A DNA stretch of 64,000 nucleotides from contig CAZQIF010000001.1 in the NCBI GenBank assembly GCA_964593375.1, positions 6,405 to 70,404 of the forward strand, read 5' to 3'. Position numbers and translations under genes: made by a program. Source of the DNA: an uncultured Candidatus Saccharibacteria bacterium (GTDB lineage: Bacteria > Patescibacteriota > Minisyncoccia > Phycocordibacterales > UBA918). The notes beneath the pieces are model-generated. The model made no database searches. It saw only the letters and a list, made by a program, of their open reading frames with translations, and had not been told where the DNA came from. Of the stretch, positions 19,390 to 27,892 are shown piece after piece; the first letter of the stretch is position 1; each line of letters begins with the position of its first letter.

Positions 19390-19416
19390 TAAGCCCCGCG
19401 CAACTTCGCGGGGCTA
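19390..19416 (-). terminator. hairpin (GCCCCGCG-caactt-CGCGGGGC) downstream of minus ORF 19425..19616
   Basis: Seen in the sequence. Confidence 0.5.
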
Positions 19417-19424
19417 TTGTTTGT

Positions 19425-19616
19425 CTACTTCCAACCACGATCAAGCAAGTCCATCGTTTCCGGACCAATGAGATCGCAATGGATATCACGTGCGACTTCA
19501 TCGTGGTCTGGATCATAGACGTACTCGATTGCTCCTCCACAAGGACAGGTCTTAACATCTTCTTTTGTGTGCGAACTTCGACCCTTACACTGACCAATTT
19601 GTGGACATGTCATTTG
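19425..19616 (-). CDS. hypothetical small Cys-rich protein (63 aa; CPQIGQC...CPCGG...HCD), putative zinc-binding
   Basis: ATG with an upstream GAAAGG Shine-Dalgarno-like sequence, followed by a terminator. Other ORFs overlap in alternative frames. Confidence 0.35.
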   Translation of the reverse strand, partial: QMTCPQIGQCKGRSSHTKEDVKTCPCGGAIEYVYDPDHDEVARDIHCDLIGPETMDLLDRGWK

Positions 19617-19722
19617 TGACCTTTCTTTGAGCTTTACGTGCGAAGAACCAATTACCATATCAATGGTATGCCTATGCAAAATTTTAGCAACTGAGTAATC
19701 AACTGTTTAACCACATTAACAA

Positions 19723-19750
19723 ACACCCGAATGGCAAACCATCCGGGTGT
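19723..19750 (-). terminator. hairpin (ACACCCG-aatggcaaaccat-CGGGTGT) overlapping the stop codon of minus gene 19750..20091
   Basis: Seen in the sequence. T-rich tract downstream on the minus strand. Confidence 0.5.
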
Positions 19751-20091
19751 TACTTAACACTTCGTGTGTTCTTAGCGTAGAGTTGTGGGTAACTGCGAAG
19801 AAACTTCTGAATTTCCTTTTCAATTTCTAACCGTGCGTAAACAAAATCTTCTTCTTTAGATTCAGGGTTTCTTCGAAGACGTTTTTGTAAGCATCCAGCT
19901 TTACTTGCGAGTTGTTCGGCAATGTAGTTTTTCCGAGTAGCAACGTACTTCATCGGACGAATGACTTCTTTGAAATAGTCACAATTCAGTATGTCTTCTT
20001 TGGTAAATGCCACATATTCGATTCGTGACACTCCTTCAACTTTTCTTCCTCGTATGAGTAACTTCGCAAGTCTGTATACGTTTGAATCCAT
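19750..20091 (-). CDS. hypothetical protein (113 aa, basic)
   Basis: ORF with a terminator at its 3' end. No recognisable family. Confidence 0.45.
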   Translation of the reverse strand: MDSNVYRLAKLLIRGRKVEGVSRIEYVAFTKEDILNCDYFKEVIRPMKYVATRKNYIAEQLASKAGCLQKRLRRNPESKEEDFVYARLEIEKEIQKFLRSYPQLYAKNTRSVK

Positions 20092-20224
20092 TTCTCCTCC
20101 TCATTTCTTGTTTTGAACCAACATAAGAACCTCTCATTCAATACTACCATCTCAGAAACACGATTTATATCAGACCACGATAATGAAGAGGGCCCAAGCG
20201 TGAAGCTTAGGCCCGGGTCGTTTC

Positions 20225-20625
20225 CTACGGAAAGAACATGTGTTCGACACTTCTTGGGTTGCGTGTCGTGCGCTTGTAGATGACAGACTGAAGTGCCCGG
20301 CGAAAAACATCGACGAGTTTGTCTGCAACTTCGTGCCACGACTTAGTTCTTGCAGCGTCACGTTCAAGCACAATCTTGTCTTCGAATGCAACCACTCGCT
20401 CGATTTCAGGAATCGACTCAAGCTGTGCATAAACGTCGGCCAATTCGTCGTGTCAATGTCATTCAACCGAAGAATCGTTGATCCCTCACGCAACAGTGAA
20501 GTTGAGGGAATGAGATGGAGAGCATAAGCACCATTGTTGTGATGTCCCACGCACACATGTTGGTCACTAACTCGTAAGGGTTCACCTCGAAGAAAATCTT
20601 TTCCGGTAATCATTCTTTCTTCCAT
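20225..20625 (-). pseudogene. HIT-like (histidine triad superfamily-like) gene apparently disrupted by a frameshift near 20444-20455
   Basis: The N-terminal frame (20446..20625) MEERMITGKDFLRGEPLRVSDQHVCVGHHNNGAYALHLIPSTS resembles the Hint-like core (..DD.CLAFHDISPQAPTHFLVIP..). It continues in a different frame (20225..20443, ..ADVYAQLESIPEIERVVAFEDKIVLERDAARTKSWHEVADKL..). The continuation of the first frame is low-complexity Ser/Thr junk. Confidence 0.35.
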
Positions 20626-20853
20626 CCTAACCTCCTAGGTTGGGTTTTTACCTTATGTACAATTGTCTGTATGCATTATAGACATATATTCGTGCACCAT
20701 GTCAAGCTATGACTGTAGGTTTCCAAAAACTCATTTCATTGTGTAATTGTTACTAGTTCGTCGAAGTACGCCTCGTGGCTTAACCCGAGGATACTGCGAC
20801 ATTAAGAATGTATCTTCGGTGGACGATACACCTGCTAGAATAAACGCCAGGTT

Positions 20854-20901
20854 CAGCACGCTATACCCCGTCAGCTAGCTGCTGCGGGGTATAGCGTGCT
20901 G
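20854..20901. repeat. long near-perfect palindrome (17-bp arms CAGCACGCTATACCCCG / CGGGGTATAGCGTGCTG around the palindromic core CAGCTAGCTG); possible regulatory or terminator hairpin
   Basis: Seen directly, upstream of the META-domain gene. Confidence 0.6.
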
Positions 20902-20955
20902 ACGTTTCTACATTCCTTCATACGGCTCGTAAGTAACTGTATAATTAACTATATT

Positions 20956-21876
20956 ATGAAACTTTCACATTTTTTTGTTCTCGCTCTCATCGTGATTATT
21001 ATTGTCATTGCCTATATCAGTTATCAAAATAAACCTGTTGTAACTGTCCCACCAGAAGTACCCGCTCAAGTCACTTCAAATCCAAAAGATATTACCTACG
21101 AAATCGACCACATCATTTTCACACTCGTGAATGGGTATGCAGAACAAGCAGTTGTTCCTGATTCTGCTTCAAAATCAACCGTGCGCATGTTCGGTGAACC
21201 GGTATACGGCGATCTCGATGGCGACGGCGACGAGGACGCAGCTGTACTCCTCACGTACGACGGTGGCGGAACCGGCACGTTCTACTATGCATCACTCGCT
21301 ATCAAGCACTCAGGTGGATTTAGGAGCACCAACACGCTACTCCTCGGCGACCGCATCGCACCACAGACCATAGAGATTCATGACGGCAAAGCAGTATTCA
21401 ATTATGCTGAACGAAAAGCAGGCGAACCGATGACTACTATGCCATCAGTAGGTAAAAGTCTTTGGATTCATCTTGACTCAAAGAAAAATGAAATTGGTGA
21501 GCTTGTACAAAATTTCGAAGGCGAATCGAGTTCAGAGCAAATGACACTCACCATGAAGCCGTGGACATGGGTACGCACCGAGTATGCTGATGGCACCATA
21601 TTCACACCGCGCCAAACGAGTGCGTTTGCAATTACCCTAAAAGAAGACGGTTCCTTTGGAGCAACAACCGACTGCAACAGCATGGGTGGTTCATACACAA
21701 AGACCTCGAGCTCACTCGTTTTCAGTGAAATCATGTCGACACTCATGTACTGCGAGAATTCTGACGAAGCAACCTTCTCCTCACTCCTTAATGAAGTGAA
21801 AACATATCGATTCACGAGTAAAGGTGAGCTCCTCCTCGATACCGACATGGGGCTTAAAACCGCAGTCTTCCGCTAG
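20956..21876 (+). CDS. membrane-anchored META domain-containing protein (HslJ-like)
   Basis: C-terminal MKPWTWVRTEYADGT...FAITLKEDGSFGATTDCNSMGGSYTKTSSSLVFSEIMSTLMYCENSDEATFSSLLNEV matches the META/DUF306 pattern. The ORF track starts at GTG 20896 and the first ATG is at 20956 (MKLSHFF..., signal anchor). Confidence 0.75.
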   Translation: MKLSHFFVLALIVIIIVIAYISYQNKPVVTVPPEVPAQVTSNPKDITYEIDHIIFTLVNGYAEQAVVPDSASKSTVRMFGEPVYGDLDGDGDEDAAVLLTYDGGGTGTFYYASLAIKHSGGFRSTNTLLLGDRIAPQTIEIHDGKAVFNYAERKAGEPMTTMPSVGKSLWIHLDSKKNEIGELVQNFEGESSSEQMTLTMKPWTWVRTEYADGTIFTPRQTSAFAITLKEDGSFGATTDCNSMGGSYTKTSSSLVFSEIMSTLMYCENSDEATFSSLLNEVKTYRFTSKGELLLDTDMGLKTAVFR

Positions 21877-21896
21877 TACTAAATATTCTTTGTGAC

Positions 21897-22445
21897 ATGA
21901 AAATCGCTATCGGTACGCTCCGCAAACCAAAAATCGACGGCATTAAAGAAGGTGTGAGCTCATGTCCGTATTTTCGTGATGTTCTTGAATCGATTGAATT
22001 CATTCCCACTGAAGTCTCTTCAGATATCAGCCATATGCCACTCACAATTCAAGAAGTAATGCAGGGAGCATTCAACCGCGCGAGAAATTTAATTAAACTC
22101 GGCATAGAAGCTGATTACTACATTGGCATCGAAGGTGGTGTCTCTCGTTTTGGTGAAAAAGCGTACATTTTCGGATGCGTATACATACAAAATGCTACAG
22201 GAGAAGGTCACTATGGTTTTTCACCCATGGCAGAAGTACCAAAACTCGTTGATGCACGACTCTATGAGAATGGGGAAGAGCTTGGACACATAATGGGAGA
22301 ACTTTCAGGAAGAACCGATATTCGTTCCGAAAACGGAAGCATGGGCGCATGGACTGATGACATGTTCACAAGAAAAGATGAATTCGTCGACGCCTTCAAA
22401 GCCGCCATCGCCCCGTTTTATAATTCGTTTTATACACTCAAATAA
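21897..22445 (+). CDS. yjjX: inosine/xanthosine triphosphatase (non-canonical purine NTP phosphatase, YjjX family)
   Basis: IGIEGGV, AGEGHYGFSP and a C-terminal ...AFKAAIAPFYNSFY that parallel E. coli YjjX (..AIEAGI.., ..ALSPFHNAVY). Confidence 0.8.
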   Translation: MKIAIGTLRKPKIDGIKEGVSSCPYFRDVLESIEFIPTEVSSDISHMPLTIQEVMQGAFNRARNLIKLGIEADYYIGIEGGVSRFGEKAYIFGCVYIQNATGEGHYGFSPMAEVPKLVDARLYENGEELGHIMGELSGRTDIRSENGSMGAWTDDMFTRKDEFVDAFKAAIAPFYNSFYTLK

Positions 22446-22447
22446 AT

Positions 22448-22463
22448 ATCAACACGTGTTGAT
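22448..22463. promoter_or_regulatory. perfect 16-bp palindrome ATCAACACGTGTTGAT between the yjjX stop and the toxin gene; candidate operator
   Basis: Seen directly. Confidence 0.4.
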
Positions 22464-22482
22464 GAATTATCGGTAAGTATTT

Positions 22483-22932
22483 GTGTACACCAATGTTAAG
22501 ATTTTATCGATGGATATGTACAAAAAAGATTTTGATAAGTGGAACAGTGAAAAGAAACTAATAAACGAAAACCATAGAAAGGTTTTTGGTTACCCTCGTG
22601 AAGTATGGTGGTGTTCACTTGGTGTCAATGTAGGGTCTGAAATAGACGGAAAGAACGAAAATTTTGAACGCCCTGTTATTATCCTTCGTGTATACAACAA
22701 GGAAACCATGCTTGTACTGCCAACTACCGGTAAAGTTCAGGATAACAAATTCCATTTACCAATTGAGATTGAGACATACAACCCAGAGACTAAAAATACA
22801 TACAACAAGACCGTGTATGTAAAATTGACACAAGCTCGTGTGATAAGTAACAAACGATTGCTACGTAAAGTTGATGTGATTAACGAAAATGAGTTTGAGA
22901 AGATACGGGATGCGTTCAAATCATTCACCTAA
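22483..22932 (+). CDS. type II toxin-antitoxin system PemK/MazF-family toxin-like protein (solitary; no adjacent antitoxin ORF)
   Basis: The core ..GYPREVWWCSLGVNVGSEIDGKNENFERPVIILRV...MLVLPTTGK...VKLTQARVISNKRL follows the MazF/PemK fold pattern. The ORF-track start is GTG 22483 and the first ATG is 22510. Confidence 0.7.
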   Translation: MYTNVKILSMDMYKKDFDKWNSEKKLINENHRKVFGYPREVWWCSLGVNVGSEIDGKNENFERPVIILRVYNKETMLVLPTTGKVQDNKFHLPIEIETYNPETKNTYNKTVYVKLTQARVISNKRLLRKVDVINENEFEKIRDAFKSFT

Positions 22933-22937
22933 ATACA

Positions 22938-22968
22938 TCGATACCCCACATTACTGTGGGGTATCTCG
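22938..22968 (+). terminator. hairpin (GATACCCCAC-attact-GTGGGGTATC) after the toxin gene
   Basis: 10-bp perfect stem with a weak T-run. Confidence 0.45.
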
Positions 22969-23128
22969 GAGGCCGAAGCCCTAATGCATATATAATACCT
23001 GATTGAAAATTTTACGCAAGGATGAATAGTATATTCACTTTTCAAAAACTGCGTTCAGTGAAAGAATCGTACAATTCTATCAACACCCGGACCTTTACCC
23101 TCTTTGGACAGGAGTATACTGAAAGTAT

Positions 23129-24565
23129 ATGAAAAAAGAGATACCCCTAGGTCAAAGTAGGGAAGTGGTAGAAGAGATGGCAGAAAAAATTGAGCAGACG
23201 CTCAACGCGTTTGATGTACCCATCAAAGTAGTAAAAGCAATTGAAGGGCTACACAGCTATCACTTTCACCTCAAAACATTAAAGCCGGTACGAATGAAAG
23301 CGATTGAATCATTCGAACAAGATCTTCGGTATGCACTCGGTTCAAGCAAAGTTGAGATACAGGCACCAATACCTGATGAGGTGCTCATCGGTATCAGTGT
23401 GCCTAAAAGTGATTCAATTCCAATGCTACTGTGGAGTGATGCTGTAGAAGCAGAAGAATTTGCTGATTCCGGCTACCTCGTTGTTCCGCTCGGGCAGGAT
23501 GAATTTGGCGAAGAAGTTAATCTCAAGATTCCACGACTTCCACACGTACTCATTGGTGGTGCAACTGGTTCTGGTAAGACTGTTCTTCTCTATTCCATCA
23601 TCAATTCGCTTATGTTGAAGCATAGTCCTGATGAAGTCCGTTTTATTTTTGCTGATCCAAAACGGTGGAGTCTCGTTCAATACAATGGTATACCACACCT
23701 CCTTACGCCGGTTATTACTGACGCAAAGCGTGTGATTCTCGCACTCAAACATTGTATTAAAGAAATGGAACGAAGACTTGATATTTTTCTGGAAAACAGA
23801 ATTCTAAATATTTCTTCGTACCATACAAGTATCTACCAACCCGCTATTGAGAAATTTAAAAAGAGAGGTTCACGAGAAGATGAACGCGATGATCTCCCAG
23901 AACCGCTCCCGTACATTGTTATAGTGCTTGATGAGCTTTCTGATTTGATGGCGGCATACCCAAAAGAACTTGAAGCGTGCATTGTACGATTAGCACAAAA
24001 AAGCCGTACTGTTGGGATACATCTCATACTGAGTACACAACGTCCATCAGTGAATGTCGTAACCGGTCTCATGAAGGCAAATATTCCAACACGTATTGCG
24101 TTTCAAGTAACTTCCTCAATTGACTCACGTACTATTCTTGATCAATCAGGGGCGGAAAAATTGCTTGGCAATGGTGACATGCTCTACATAAACGCAGAAA
24201 TGTTACAACCAGCACGAATACAGGGATACTATATTTCTGATGAGGAAATGTTGAAAAACATAGAATTAATTAGAATGAAATACGACATGCCAGAACTTGA
24301 TTCTATACAATTCAGTAATAATAACTCTACAAATGGAGCATTTTTCAGTAATGATGAAGAAGATGAAGATGATGACCTGTACGAAGATGTAAAAGCGGTT
24401 GTAGTTGAAACAGGGAAGGCATCAACTTCATTTTTGCAACGAAAATTTGGTATCGGATATTCTCGCTCAGCAAAACTCATCGATTTACTCGAGGAGCGTG
24501 GTGTGATCGGCCCCAGCAATGGTTCAGAGCCACGAAAGGTACTTATTCCAAAGGAGGAAGACTAA
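23129..24565 (+). CDS. FtsK/SpoIIIE-family DNA translocase, soluble form (no N-terminal membrane domain) with a C-terminal gamma winged-helix domain
   Basis: Walker A GGATGSGKTV, Walker B IVIVLDELSDL, gamma domain SFLQRKFGIGYSRSAKLIDLLEERGVIG. No TM segments are apparent in the first 130 aa. Confidence 0.85.
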   Translation: MKKEIPLGQSREVVEEMAEKIEQTLNAFDVPIKVVKAIEGLHSYHFHLKTLKPVRMKAIESFEQDLRYALGSSKVEIQAPIPDEVLIGISVPKSDSIPMLLWSDAVEAEEFADSGYLVVPLGQDEFGEEVNLKIPRLPHVLIGGATGSGKTVLLYSIINSLMLKHSPDEVRFIFADPKRWSLVQYNGIPHLLTPVITDAKRVILALKHCIKEMERRLDIFLENRILNISSYHTSIYQPAIEKFKKRGSREDERDDLPEPLPYIVIVLDELSDLMAAYPKELEACIVRLAQKSRTVGIHLILSTQRPSVNVVTGLMKANIPTRIAFQVTSSIDSRTILDQSGAEKLLGNGDMLYINAEMLQPARIQGYYISDEEMLKNIELIRMKYDMPELDSIQFSNNNSTNGAFFSNDEEDEDDDLYEDVKAVVVETGKASTSFLQRKFGIGYSRSAKLIDLLEERGVIGPSNGSEPRKVLIPKEED

Positions 24566-24576
24566 CATCACGTACC

Positions 24577-24948
24577 ATGCAACCACTCGATGAAATACAT
24601 AATCCCGAACTACTTGAAATAATTGAAATTATTTCAATGGTGTACGAAAAATTTGAAATGCCAATCGAAGTTGAGGGAGTTTCTGAAGAAGATTTGCTAT
24701 ATGTCGTTCACTGTCTCGAATTAAATCATGCAAAAATCGATAAGGTAGATAAGTTACCTTCAACAATAGAATACACACTCAATAGAAAACCTGTCACCAT
24801 CAATCGACTATCCGAAGAACCAGACGACTACCGCTTTGAGATTCGTGTTCCTATGAAGTATGAAGAACCTGAAACGGCAATGGTTAAGGAAGAAAAGGAC
24901 AGTATCTTTATAATTTTCAATCCACTTGAATCGCCTGGTTTTGCTTAG
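24577..24948 (+). CDS. hypothetical protein (123 aa, acidic)
   Basis: ORF directly after the FtsK-like gene with no recognisable family. Confidence 0.55.
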   Translation: MQPLDEIHNPELLEIIEIISMVYEKFEMPIEVEGVSEEDLLYVVHCLELNHAKIDKVDKLPSTIEYTLNRKPVTINRLSEEPDDYRFEIRVPMKYEEPETAMVKEEKDSIFIIFNPLESPGFA

Positions 24949-25104
24949 TGATTTGAAGCAAACGCTTCTAAAACAGCCCGCGCCTTCGACGCGGGTGAAG
25001 GCAAAAAGTGAATTGAGTAAACCTACCTTAAATGCTACGATTTGCTATGTCACTTACAATACAATCGACATCCAGTTACGTCATGAAATCAAATAAGCGA
25101 AGCT

Positions 25105-27891
25105 ATGAGAATAAACTTTTCTGAAGTACAACGTAATGTCTCCGAGATTGCTAATCGCCAACAGTATACAATCAATGTGCTATATGAACTGATGGCTGCT
25201 TATGGTCGCTCTGCTTCATCAATCACGAAGCTTAGAAACGGAGTCAATAATCTCGCCGCTGACAAAAATACTACTGTTCTCCAACGCGGTGTAGTTTATT
25301 TTAAAGTCATTCAAAATACCGGCAGTTTGCCAGCTCAAGTCGAAAAACTAGAACAAGACCCTTTAACACAGCGCTACAACCCACGCTTTTTAATTGCGAC
25401 TGACTTAAAAAACTTTGCAGCAAAAGACACGAAGAAAGGAAACACACTTGAAATTGACTGGACTAACATAGACAGAAATGTTGATTTTTTTTATGGCTGG
25501 ACCGGAGACGAGGTTACTAGCGAAAAGACCGAAGCCGTTGCTGACCGCAGAGCTGCAGATAAAATGAAGGAGCTATACCAAGAAGTCGAGAAGGTCAATG
25601 CAAGCAAGTTCAAAAAAACCGGAAAGGATTTTCGTCACAATCTCAATGTATTTTTCACACGCCTGCTTTTCTGCTTCTTTGCTGAAGATACCGGGGTTTT
25701 TGCAAAAGAAGAGAGAGGAGTTTTTACAAGTGCAATACGTGATTATACGCAGATAGACGGTTCGGACTTAGATCAATTCCTCGGGACACTTTTCGAGTCA
25801 CTTGATGAAGAAGATAAAAGTATCTTCACTAGTCCATTTTCTAAGTTCCCATATGTAAATGGAAGATTGTTCGATAAGACTTATGGAATAGAAATTCCAA
25901 AATTTAATGCGCAGTCACGGCATCTTATTCTTGAATGCGGTGCACTTAGTTGGGCCCAAATCAATCCAGACATATTTGGTTCGATGTTCCAGAGTATTGT
26001 TGATGAGGAACATCGCGCTACTCACGGGATGCACTACACAAGCGTGCCAAATATTATGAAGACTATAGAGCCCCTATTCCTAGATGAACTCCGTGATGAA
26101 TTTGATAAATATTATGATGACCCAAAAAAGTTACAAAAACTGCATGAAAGGATATCAAAGATAAAAATATTTGATCCAGCTTGTGGCTCAGGAAATTTTT
26201 TAATCATTGCTTATAAGGAACTCAGAAAACTAGAACATGCCATTATTGAGCGTCTGTTTGAAGATGAATACATTGCCAATCAGCTTAAGAATAAGCTGCA
26301 ATCAAGTATTGACCTGAATAATTTCTACGGAATTGAGATAGATGATTTTGCGTGTGAGGTTGCTGTACTTTCGCTTTACTTGACTAAACATCAAATGAAC
26401 TTGGAGTTTGAAAAGCAGTTTGGTAGGGAAATCAAACTCATCCCACTTGTAGATAAGGCCAATGTTATTCACGGGAATGCAACCAGACTCGATTGGCAAG
26501 AAGTTTGCCCAAACGTCCCAACAAAGAAAAGTATGATTACTGAGCTGCAAGGACAGCTAATTGTGACTGAAGAAAATACCAATCACCTTCTGATGGAGAA
26601 TGAATGGGATGAAATATATCTCATTAGTAATCCTCCGTACTTGGGTCAACCTAATCAAGAAGATTCGCATAAAGCGGACATGGATTTTGTATTTGGGGGG
26701 TTACAGGGTAAGTTTAAGAAACTTGACTATGTCGGGTGTTGGTTTTTTAAGGGTACAGAATACATATCCAATACAAAAGCAAAATTAGCATTCATATCAA
26801 CTAACTCCATTTTTCAAGGTGTTCAAGTTGAGCAACTTTGGCCAAAATTATTCAGTCATAATATCGAGATTCAGTTTGCTTTTTCTCCTTTCAGGTGGAC
26901 TAACAACGCAAGAGATAATGCGGGTGTGTATGTGACTGTGGTCTCCTTAAGAGTGAGAGGAAAGTCAGATAAGTATTTGTTTATTGATGGAATCAAGTTG
27001 AAAGCGCGGAACATTAACGCATACTTGATTGATGCAGATAACATAATCGTAGGCAAGACAAAGCATTCGATTTCAAGCCTACATCCAGTGCTAGGGGGGT
27101 GCCAGCCACGTGAGGGTGGGCATCTCATGCTGTCCGATAAAGAGAAGCATGAGTTGTTAAAAAGATCTCCAGAAGCAAATAGATTCATCAAACCGATGAT
27201 TGGCACAAATGAACTAATTAAGGGAACTCGGAAGTGGTGCATTTGGATAGAAGATTCAGAACTAGATGAAGCTTTCAAGATTAAGGAAATCAAGGAAAGA
27301 GTAAACTCTGTCCGAGCGCATAGAATCTCTGGAAATTCAGTTGAGCGAACATTTGCTAACGTTCCTCATAGGTTTGTTACAATCAAACGCCCAATGGCGC
27401 ATCAAATTGTAATTCCTAACTTAACACCCATTGATAAACCTTATCTTCCATTAGGATACTTAAATAGAGAGTACATTGTAAATAAGCAAGCATATTGCAT
27501 ATTTGACTCTGGTTTGGAATATTTTGCACTTTTAATATCAAAAACTCACATGAAATGGCTCGAAGTAGTTTGCGGTAGATTGGGCAACGCAATAAGCTAT
27601 TCTGCACATATTGGATATAATACTTTCCCGGTAAAGAATATGGATGAAAGTGAAGTTAATAAGCTAAGAGCTTCGGCCAGGGAAATATTATTTACACGAC
27701 AAAATCATTCAGAAATGAGTTTGGGAGAGCTGTACTCTACAACCACCATGCCAGATGATTTGCGTGAGGCGCATCATCAAAATGACTTACTGGTAGACAA
27801 GTTATATCGACAAAAACCGTATGCTAATGATGAAGAACGACTGACTGACTTGTTTAAATTGTATGAAGAAATGATAACTAAAGAGAAATAA
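25105..27891 (+). CDS. MmeI-family Type IIL-like restriction-modification protein (N-terminal nuclease-like domain, gamma-class N6-adenine DNA methyltransferase, C-terminal target-recognition domain)
   Basis: There are long collinear matches to MmeI: RLLFCFFAEDT, FPYVNGRLF, IFGSMFQSIVD, HYTSVPNIMKTIEPLFLDEL, FDPACGSGNFLIIAYKELRKLE (motif I), FYGIEIDDF, HQMN, NPPY (motif IV), FISTNSIFQGVQVEQLWP, FAFSPFRWTNNA, AYLID, RKWCIWI, YNTFP. The upstream segment PRFLIATDLKNF parallels MmeI PRYVLVCDFQRF. Confidence 0.9.
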   Translation: MRINFSEVQRNVSEIANRQQYTINVLYELMAAYGRSASSITKLRNGVNNLAADKNTTVLQRGVVYFKVIQNTGSLPAQVEKLEQDPLTQRYNPRFLIATDLKNFAAKDTKKGNTLEIDWTNIDRNVDFFYGWTGDEVTSEKTEAVADRRAADKMKELYQEVEKVNASKFKKTGKDFRHNLNVFFTRLLFCFFAEDTGVFAKEERGVFTSAIRDYTQIDGSDLDQFLGTLFESLDEEDKSIFTSPFSKFPYVNGRLFDKTYGIEIPKFNAQSRHLILECGALSWAQINPDIFGSMFQSIVDEEHRATHGMHYTSVPNIMKTIEPLFLDELRDEFDKYYDDPKKLQKLHERISKIKIFDPACGSGNFLIIAYKELRKLEHAIIERLFEDEYIANQLKNKLQSSIDLNNFYGIEIDDFACEVAVLSLYLTKHQMNLEFEKQFGREIKLIPLVDKANVIHGNATRLDWQEVCPNVPTKKSMITELQGQLIVTEENTNHLLMENEWDEIYLISNPPYLGQPNQEDSHKADMDFVFGGLQGKFKKLDYVGCWFFKGTEYISNTKAKLAFISTNSIFQGVQVEQLWPKLFSHNIEIQFAFSPFRWTNNARDNAGVYVTVVSLRVRGKSDKYLFIDGIKLKARNINAYLIDADNIIVGKTKHSISSLHPVLGGCQPREGGHLMLSDKEKHELLKRSPEANRFIKPMIGTNELIKGTRKWCIWIEDSELDEAFKIKEIKERVNSVRAHRISGNSVERTFANVPHRFVTIKRPMAHQIVIPNLTPIDKPYLPLGYLNREYIVNKQAYCIFDSGLEYFALLISKTHMKWLEVVCGRLGNAISYSAHIGYNTFPVKNMDESEVNKLRASAREILFTRQNHSEMSLGELYSTTTMPDDLREAHHQNDLLVDKLYRQKPYANDEERLTDLFKLYEEMITKEK

Positions 27892-27892
27892 T

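Noticed and set aside
20170-20625. 151-aa ORF taken as a single intact gene
   Set aside because: Its C-terminal half is low-complexity Ser/Thr-rich sequence. A different frame (20225..20443) carries the protein-like continuation, so it is treated as a frameshifted gene.
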